A DNA stretch of 28,935 nucleotides, taken from contig DATHEN010001306.1 in NCBI GenBank assembly GCA_035318565.1, positions 1 through 28,935 on the forward strand. Reading direction: 5' to 3'. Under the pieces are notes generated by a model. The model had not been told where the DNA came from and did no database searches. It saw only the letters and a program-made list of their open reading frames with translations. The stretch comes from Polyangiaceae bacterium. GTDB lineage: Bacteria > Myxococcota_A > Polyangia > Polyangiales > Polyangiaceae. The position numbers and the translations under genes were made by a program. Positions 22,724 to 28,935 of the stretch are shown piece after piece; position 1 is the first letter of the stretch; each line of letters opens with the position of its first letter.

Positions 22724-24431
22724 GCGCTACCGTAAGAAACTTTCATCGGGGCGGACTTACCTAGTTACGGTTTGCCTCACAGTGCTGCTGCTGTTGCTCA
22801 GCGGCTGCACGGATGAGCCGGTCGTGGGCACCGGCACGAGCGCTGCGCGCCGGCTGAGCACCCCACCACGCGTGCTGCTCGTCGGCGACTCCATCATGGA
22901 CGAGCACGGCAGCCACGCGCGGATGGCGCTGCGGGCCATGGGCATCGACGCGCAGGTGCTGGGCGCGTGGGGTTCGTGCCTGTTCACGCGCGAGCAGTAC
23001 GATTGCGATCGCGTTCAGATGCACGCGAACGGGTCCGGATTTTCGTGGCTGGACCGGGCCACGGCTCTCGTCCGCGACGTCGACCCCGACTTGGTCGTGA
23101 TTTATCTGAACCACAACTACGGACCCGAACCTCCGCGCAGCGCGGAGCAGTGCCGGAGTCCGGAAGAGGACTCGATTGCCGTCGGCAGCCCGGAGTTCGA
23201 GCTGATGGCGCAACGCCTGCTGCGGGAATTCGTACGGCGACTGAGCATACGCAACGCGCGCGTGCTGCTAGTCAAGCCGCTGCCGGTCCGTGAGAATGAA
23301 CCGGCAGCGGAGAATCCGTTTTTCAAAGCGTATCTCGGTATTCAAGAGGAGCTCGGCTTCGGCGTCGTCGATGCTTCCGAACAGCTCATCTCGGAAAATG
23401 GCGGCCGTATCGAGACCGTCGCCGATTGCGACGGCCTCGAGCGGCGCGTGCGTCCGAAAGACGATGTCCACCTCACGTACTTCGGTGCGGGCCTCATGGG
23501 TACTGCCCTGGCTCGCGCCGTGGCGCGCGAGCTCCACATCGACGGCGCTGGCGTTTCAGCACCCGCCGAGCGGCCCGTCACGCTGCTAGCGGCGGACACC
23601 GGCTACCGGGTGGTGACGTGCGACTCCGCGGTATTCGCGTTCGGCAGTGACGTACCCAACGCCGGCGGAGCGGCGTTCTCCGAGGCTCGGCCGCGCGCTC
23701 GGCCCGTGGTTGGTGCAGCGGCCACCACATCCGGTGAGGGTTACGTGCAGGTGTTTTCGAACGGCCAGGTCCTGGCGTTCGGCGACGCGGCCGAGCTCGG
23801 CTCGCTACCAGAAGAGCGCCTGGCCGGCGCAGAGGTGCGGGGGATTGCGTACTCCGCCAACGATGCCGGCTATTGGGTCGCGCTCTCGAATGGTGAGGTA
23901 CACGCGATCGGTGCTGCAGCGGTGCTCGGGAACATGCCGATTTCGAACGACTCGGTGACGGCGATCGCCGCTGCTGCCGGGGGCGAGGGCTATTGGCTCG
24001 TCACGGCGAACGGTCAGGTGGGAGCTTTCGGCTCGGCCGTTCACTTCGGCGATCTTGCCGGAAGCCCGCCGAGTCATGCCGTAGTGGGCATCGCTCCGCA
24101 CCCCCGCGGTGGCGGCTACTGGCTGCTCGATCGCGCCGGCAACGTGTTCCCATTTGGCGATGCACGCCAGCGTGGCGGGGCAGCCGGTCAAGATCTGCGG
24201 ATCATGGTGGATCACCAGCGCTACATCACGAAGCCCGTGACGTCGGACGCCAAGGCCGTAGCGATCGCCGCAACGAGCTCCGGTGACGGCTATCGCATCG
24301 CGCTCGACAACGGCGCCGTTTGTCACTTCGGCGATGCCTCACGACTCGGCAGTCTCTACCGCACGTTCTTCAACGGCATGCTGGTGTGGCTCAACGAGCC
24401 GTTTTACGCGGCCACATCGTCCTGCCAGTGA
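22722..24431 (+). CDS. SGNH/GDSL hydrolase lipoprotein with six GYW-type beta-propeller repeats
   Basis: Lipobox LSGC, block I VLLVGDSIM, block III YLNHN and block V DDVH. Six repeats resembling GYWLVTANGQVGAFGSAVHFG. Confidence 0.8.
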   Translation: MRYRKKLSSGRTYLVTVCLTVLLLLLSGCTDEPVVGTGTSAARRLSTPPRVLLVGDSIMDEHGSHARMALRAMGIDAQVLGAWGSCLFTREQYDCDRVQMHANGSGFSWLDRATALVRDVDPDLVVIYLNHNYGPEPPRSAEQCRSPEEDSIAVGSPEFELMAQRLLREFVRRLSIRNARVLLVKPLPVRENEPAAENPFFKAYLGIQEELGFGVVDASEQLISENGGRIETVADCDGLERRVRPKDDVHLTYFGAGLMGTALARAVARELHIDGAGVSAPAERPVTLLAADTGYRVVTCDSAVFAFGSDVPNAGGAAFSEARPRARPVVGAAATTSGEGYVQVFSNGQVLAFGDAAELGSLPEERLAGAEVRGIAYSANDAGYWVALSNGEVHAIGAAAVLGNMPISNDSVTAIAAAAGGEGYWLVTANGQVGAFGSAVHFGDLAGSPPSHAVVGIAPHPRGGGYWLLDRAGNVFPFGDARQRGGAAGQDLRIMVDHQRYITKPVTSDAKAVAIAATSSGDGYRIALDNGAVCHFGDASRLGSLYRTFFNGMLVWLNEPFYAATSSCQ

Positions 24432-24433
24432 TC

Positions 24434-24856
24434 CTATTTCGCCAGGGAGCGCACGACCTGCACGAGCCCTTCGAGCAGCTCGGGTCTCGACTCGAGATCG
24501 GGACTCGCGGGCATGGTGGGACTCTTTCCGACGGCAGCGCCCCCCTTCAGGATCGTGCTCTTGATCTGCTCGTCCGTGACGCTCTTCTGCCACTCTGGAT
24601 TCGTGTAGTCGCGCGGCTTGGGATTCAGCGCTGCCGCACCCGGGCCGTCACCCTTGCCGGTCATCCCGTGACATACGGAGCAGCGAATCTTGAACATGCG
24701 CTGCGCTTCCGCAATGCCGCTCGGTGCGGCGGCGCTCGGCGCTGCGGCTGAGCCCGGCGTCGAAGGGGCGGTTTGCTCGACCGCGGGCTCCTTCTTCGAG
24801 CACGCGGCCAAGACCGTCAGAGTACTCAGGCAACAGACCGCCAACCGAAAGCTCAT
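24434..24856 (-). CDS. Monoheme class I cytochrome c lipoprotein
   Basis: Lipobox LAAC, CSVCHGMTGKGDGP, PKPRDYT and Met ligand in SPTMP. Confidence 0.9.
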   Translation of the reverse strand: MSFRLAVCCLSTLTVLAACSKKEPAVEQTAPSTPGSAAAPSAAAPSGIAEAQRMFKIRCSVCHGMTGKGDGPGAAALNPKPRDYTNPEWQKSVTDEQIKSTILKGGAAVGKSPTMPASPDLESRPELLEGLVQVVRSLAK

Positions 24857-24867
24857 GTTCAGCGTGG

Positions 24868-26079
24868 TTAGGCCATGTTCGGCAAGGTCACCAAGTCTAC
24901 GTGCAGGATTTCGTCGGAGAACGCCATGATCTCCTGCATACAAGAGTCCGAAGGCCGGGTATCGAGGCGAATCTTGGCGCAGGCCGCCTTGCCGCCTTCG
25001 AAGATGTTGTTGTCGAGCTCTTGAATGTTGATGCCATGGCGTTTCAGTACACCCAGCACGTTGGCCAGGGCGCCGATGCGATCGCGATGGCGCACCACGA
25101 GCTGGTAACGCGCGCCCGACGTAACACTGATGTTCACGACGTTCGGCACTTCACCCTTGAGGATGAAACTGCGTAAAATGCGCACTGCCTCGTTGGCAAT
25201 CGCAATCTGGGCTTCATCCGTCGACGCGCCGATGTGCGGCGTTCCGTAGACCAGGCCGCTGGTGAGTAGCCTGAACTCGTAGTGTGAATCCCTGGTTTCA
25301 GGTTCCTCTGGAAACACGTCCAGGCCGACGCGCAGGTTCTTCTGCGGGACGAGCTCGGCGAGGGCGCGATAGTCGAGCAGCTCGTTCCGGGCGGTGTTGA
25401 TCACCATGGCGCCGTCGGGCAAGGCTTCGAGCACGCTGCGCGAGATGACCTGCCGTGTCCGTTCGGTGAGGTCGAGATGAACGGTCAGGATCTGTGAGCG
25501 CCGCGCCAGCTCTTCGATGCTATTGACGCGGGTCACGCCGAGCTCCGCTGCACGCGAGCTCGTGAGCGAGCGACTCCAGCCGTACGGTATCATCTCGTAC
25601 GCTTGCGCCAGCCTGAGCACGGTGCGGCCTACGTGCCCCAAACCCACGATGCCGATTTTTCGGCCGCGCAGGCCGAGAGCCTGGGCAAAATCGTGCTTTT
25701 GCCATTTGCCGCTGCGCAGGCTGTACACCGCGTCCGGCACCCGTCGATCGAGGCAGCCGATCAGGGTGAAGGTCAGCTCGGCGACGGCCGATGCGTTCTT
25801 ACCGGGGCAATTCGCAACGTAGATGCCGCGCTCACTGGCGGTGCGGACGTCTATGGTGTTCACACCGGCGCCGGCCCGAATGATCAGATTCAGCGTCTCG
25901 CCGGCCTCGATGGCCTCCTGGCTGACCTCGGTGCCGCGCACTATCAGCACGTTGACGCCGGTCAGCGCCGCCGGAAGCTCCGCGGGCGTCAGATCCGGCT
26001 CGTAGCTGACTTCCACGCCCAGAGCTCGCATCTCATCGAGGCTCCCCGCGGCAAGGCGGTCGGCAACCAGAACTCGCAT
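24868..26079 (-). CDS. D-3-phosphoglycerate dehydrogenase-like 2-hydroxyacid dehydrogenase with ACT domain (SerA-like)
   Basis: RAGAGVNTID, PGKNASAVAE, GIVGLGHVG, INTAR, LDVFPEEP and TPHIGASTDEAQ, plus a C-terminal ACT domain (HRDRIGALANVLGVL). Confidence 0.88.
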   Translation of the reverse strand: MRVLVADRLAAGSLDEMRALGVEVSYEPDLTPAELPAALTGVNVLIVRGTEVSQEAIEAGETLNLIIRAGAGVNTIDVRTASERGIYVANCPGKNASAVAELTFTLIGCLDRRVPDAVYSLRSGKWQKHDFAQALGLRGRKIGIVGLGHVGRTVLRLAQAYEMIPYGWSRSLTSSRAAELGVTRVNSIEELARRSQILTVHLDLTERTRQVISRSVLEALPDGAMVINTARNELLDYRALAELVPQKNLRVGLDVFPEEPETRDSHYEFRLLTSGLVYGTPHIGASTDEAQIAIANEAVRILRSFILKGEVPNVVNISVTSGARYQLVVRHRDRIGALANVLGVLKRHGINIQELDNNIFEGGKAACAKIRLDTRPSDSCMQEIMAFSDEILHVDLVTLPNMA

Positions 26080-26149
26080 TGCACGACCCTTTATCACGGG
26101 CGCGCCGCGGCGTGGGACGACTCCGCGAGGCTCGGGTTCGGTATCTCGG

Positions 26150-26650
26150 CTAGTGCAAGGATCGCTCGCGGATGCTGTAGCGCTTACCGGCGATCTCCAA
26201 AACGGGTTCGCCGTTCGGACCTTCCACGAGCAAAGGCGCAAGCGCCGCTTGCGCAGCGGGAGTGAAGCGAGCCTCGAAGCTGCCCCCTTTCACCCGTACG
26301 TAGAGTGCATCCTGGGAACCGACTTGCAGCGTGTCTGCTGCGAGCGGCTCTTCGCTGCCGTCGGACAGCAGCACCGAAACGTCCTCGCCTGCGACCTGCA
26401 GCGTGAGGACGAAGAACGGGACGTCGTCCACGCTGAAGTACGACCAGTCGTAACCGTTGGAGAGGATGAAACGGCCATCGTCCGGGTGCCGCGCGATCCA
26501 CGAAGCGAACGCGCGGGCCATGCCGGGGTGTGCGACGGGCTCTCCGTCGTGCCAGAACTTGCCCACCCCATCCAGGCGGATGGAGCTCTCGCGAGAGCGG
26601 CCCGGGGGCGGCGGAAGCCGGAAGAAGTCGGGGTGATCGCCTGGTTTCAT
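26150..26650 (-). CDS. DUF1285-like protein
   Basis: IRLDGVGKFWHDGEPVAHPGM...VDDVPFFV...L.DGSEEPL...LYVRVKGG..EARF. GGAAGG RBS. Confidence 0.65.
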   Translation of the reverse strand: MKPGDHPDFFRLPPPPGRSRESSIRLDGVGKFWHDGEPVAHPGMARAFASWIARHPDDGRFILSNGYDWSYFSVDDVPFFVLTLQVAGEDVSVLLSDGSEEPLAADTLQVGSQDALYVRVKGGSFEARFTPAAQAALAPLLVEGPNGEPVLEIAGKRYSIRERSLH

Positions 26651-26846
26651 CCTTCCCACAAGGTACGCCTGCTACCGGCGCGGGCAAACCGGCCCTGTCC
26701 GCGAAACGGGGGCGCGCTGCGGGCTTTTTCCGCGCCGCGGGTACGGGCGGCTAGCACCTCGGCTCGGATGTGCATTCCGGATTTCCGGCACCCCCAGCGG
26801 GTAGCTATTGGAATACATTGTCTTTATGGCAGTTGGGGCCACGCTA

Positions 26847-28241
26847 ATGCGGGGACCGGCTCGGCAGAGCCGCCTCGCGCTCGGGATACTCCTCTGTCTG
26901 CTGGGCACGAGGACGGCCGCAGCCGCCCCCTGCGAGGCCCAGCCGTTCCGCGCGCTGCGCTACGACGAAGATTACTCGTCCTTCGACGACCCCGCCTGCC
27001 GAGCGCGCCCGCTCGACACCATGAAGTACCTCGGCCTGGGCGGAAAGGGCGCGAGCTACTTCTCGTGGGGCGCCGACTTGCGCGAACGCTACGAGTACGT
27101 GAGCTCCGTCGACTTCGGCAGAGCTGCGGCGGACGACAATGGGTACGTGCTGCAGCGCGCGCTGTTGCACGCCAATCTGCGCCTCTTCGGCAGAGTGCGC
27201 GCGTTCGCCGAGCTGCAGAGCGGCCTTTACTTCAATCACGACGCCGCTCCACGCTCCACGGACAAGGACGAGCTCGATCTACATCAGGCGTTTCTCGACC
27301 TGACGCTCGGCTCGCACGACTCCGTCACGCTGCGCGCTGGCCGGCAAGAGTTGGCGTTCGGCTCTTCGCGCCTGGTTTCGGTGCGCGACAAGACCAATCT
27401 GCGGCGTAGCTTCGACGGAGCACGTTTGATCGCACAGAGCGGCGGCTGGCAGATGAACGCTTTCGCGCTCGCGCCCGTCATCAATGAAGACGGCGTTTTC
27501 GACAACCGGCGCGCGCGCGAGCATTGGTTCTGGGGCAGCTATTCGGCGGGCGCTCTGGCAGCCGGGCTCGGCATCGACGTGTACTACCTGGGACTGCACG
27601 AGCCGGAGTCGGTCTTCAATCAGGGCGCGGCACGCGAGCTCCGTCACTCCTGGGGCGCGCGGCTTTGGGGAAAACCCGGCGCGTTCGACTACGATTTCGA
27701 GCTCGTTTATCAGTGGGGCTCGTTCGGCGACGCAAACATCCGCGCTTACATGCTGGCTTCGAATACGGGCTACACCTTCCACGATCTGCCGGCCGAGCCA
27801 CGCTTCGGCCTGAAAGTGAACGCGGCCAGCGGAGACGAAGACGCGAACGATCCCGACCTGCAGACCTTCAACCCGTTGTTTCCGCGCGGCACGTACTACG
27901 GCGAGGCGAGCCTCGTGGGTTCGCAGAATCTCGTGGACGTACACCCGGCGCTCGATCTCTCCTTCGGAGACAGCGTGCTGGCCGTGTTCGACTGGGACAT
28001 TTTTTGGCGTCACAGCAGCGGCGACGGCTTGTACCGTTCCTCCACGCTGCCTCAAATCTCACACGCGGCCACACGCCAGCGCTTTGTGGGCAGCCAGGCC
28101 GCCGTGACGCTGCAGTGGCAGGCCACCCGGCACCTGAGCCTCACGGGTGCGTACGTTCACTTCTTCGCCGGGCGGTTCCTGCGCGAGTCCGCTGCAGAAG
28201 ACGTCGACTACGCAACCGCGTGGCTTGCGCTCAAGTTGTAA
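26847..28241 (+). CDS. Alginate export family (AlgE-like) outer-membrane beta-barrel
   Basis: Signal peptide; LRYDEDYS...LRERYE...LQR...H; DLHQAF; LRAGRQEL.FGSSRLVS; FDG; TFNPLFPRGTYYG. Alternative starts at 26808 and 26826. Confidence 0.85.
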   Translation: MRGPARQSRLALGILLCLLGTRTAAAAPCEAQPFRALRYDEDYSSFDDPACRARPLDTMKYLGLGGKGASYFSWGADLRERYEYVSSVDFGRAAADDNGYVLQRALLHANLRLFGRVRAFAELQSGLYFNHDAAPRSTDKDELDLHQAFLDLTLGSHDSVTLRAGRQELAFGSSRLVSVRDKTNLRRSFDGARLIAQSGGWQMNAFALAPVINEDGVFDNRRAREHWFWGSYSAGALAAGLGIDVYYLGLHEPESVFNQGAARELRHSWGARLWGKPGAFDYDFELVYQWGSFGDANIRAYMLASNTGYTFHDLPAEPRFGLKVNAASGDEDANDPDLQTFNPLFPRGTYYGEASLVGSQNLVDVHPALDLSFGDSVLAVFDWDIFWRHSSGDGLYRSSTLPQISHAATRQRFVGSQAAVTLQWQATRHLSLTGAYVHFFAGRFLRESAAEDVDYATAWLALKL

Positions 28242-28244
28242 ACG

Positions 28245-28935
28245 TCACAGCTCGACCGTGCTGCTGCCCGCCGAAAGCGAGCGTTGCTCCACGCGCACGC
28301 TGAAGTCTTTTCCGTCCCACGCGATCTCGTGCAGAGCGAGCGGCAAGGCGCCCGCGCGCACCAGACTTCGAAGCCGCGCAGTGCTGCTGACCCGAGTCGC
28401 CTCGGGGCCCGATAGCGCCAGCGCCGAGAGGCCGGCGCGCGCGGCGTCGGTCAAGTCGCCCACCGCCAGAGGTGCATCGCCGGCGCGCGCTTCGAGCTGC
28501 ACGTCCGCGTCGAGTTGCTCCCAGGTGAGCACCCTCAGCACACCCGGTCCACTGAACAACTGCAGCTCCTTGAGCTCGCGCTTCATGCTCTCTTTGCGGC
28601 GCTCCGCGCTGTCAGTTTCGCCCGCGAGCAGCGGCGGCGGTCTGTCGATCAGACGGGCCAGGCGCGCTGCAGACGCGAGGCGCGCCCAGCGCCGCGGATC
28701 GTTCGGACCCGGCGTGCCCTGGGCGTTGGCGACGTGACGCTCGAGACGCAGCGCTTCGTCGATGCGCCCCGTGCCCGCGGCAGCCGCGGCAAGCCGCAAG
28801 CTTGCCAGCGCGTCGTCCGGTGCGGAATCGGTCATGGTGCGGTACTGGCGATACGCGGGCTCGTACCAGCCGTGGCCGAGGAAGATATCCCCGAGAAGGC
28901 GCCGGGAGTCGCGGCCGTCCGCATCGAACTCGACG
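28245..28935 (-). CDS. C-terminal part of a TPR-containing protein (5'-truncated)
   Basis: The frame stays open beyond ATG 28835 to the window edge: VEFDADGRDSRRLLGDIFLGHGWYEPAYRQYRTMTDSAPDDALASLRLA, which is TPR-like. Confidence 0.75.
   Translation of the reverse strand, partial: VEFDADGRDSRRLLGDIFLGHGWYEPAYRQYRTMTDSAPDDALASLRLAAAAAGTGRIDEALRLERHVANAQGTPGPNDPRRWARLASAARLARLIDRPPPLLAGETDSAERRKESMKRELKELQLFSGPGVLRVLTWEQLDADVQLEARAGDAPLAVGDLTDAARAGLSALALSGPEATRVSSTARLRSLVRAGALPLALHEIAWDGKDFSVRVEQRSLSAGSSTVEL

Noticed and set aside
26682-26730. c-di-GMP-I (GEMM)-like words GGCAAACC...GCGA/GAAA...GGGGCGC upstream of the alginate-export porin
   Set aside because: The P2 stem around the tetraloop does not pair, and the GACGCAAAG/P3 elements are missing. 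An Infernal search against the c-di-GMP-I model would settle it.

Overview
GC-rich myxobacterial DNA; the gene families point to Myxococcota, probably Polyangiales (inference). 1-4529 (+): a Cys-rich MYXO-CTERM surface protein that starts before the window, an FGE-sulfatase/SUMF1-domain lipoprotein, an atypical Ser/Thr kinase and a TPR/PEGA-like membrane protein, convergent with an FHA-sigma54 activator. 6067-10848 (-): a His-rich monoheme lipoprotein, a YtkA/FixH-like protein, a pentaheme cytochrome c lipoprotein and an Asp-box MYXO-CTERM protein. 11018-17974: a rearranged translation block, with DUF503-rbfA transcribed divergently from rimP-nusA-ylxR/L7Ae fusion-infB and a multi-hairpin leader ending in a terminator between them. 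18189-24431 (+): two tandem paralogous lipoproteins, each with five neocarzinostatin-apoprotein-like domains and a C-terminal duplicated ribbon-helix-helix-like module, followed by an SGNH hydrolase with six GYW repeats. 24434-28935: cytochrome c, SerA-like dehydrogenase, DUF1285-like protein, alginate-export-family porin and a truncated TPR protein. The best candidates for undescribed biology are the neocarzinostatin-domain array, the heme/His metal-handling cluster and the rimP leader RNA. All family calls come from motif recognition by eye; no database searches were run.
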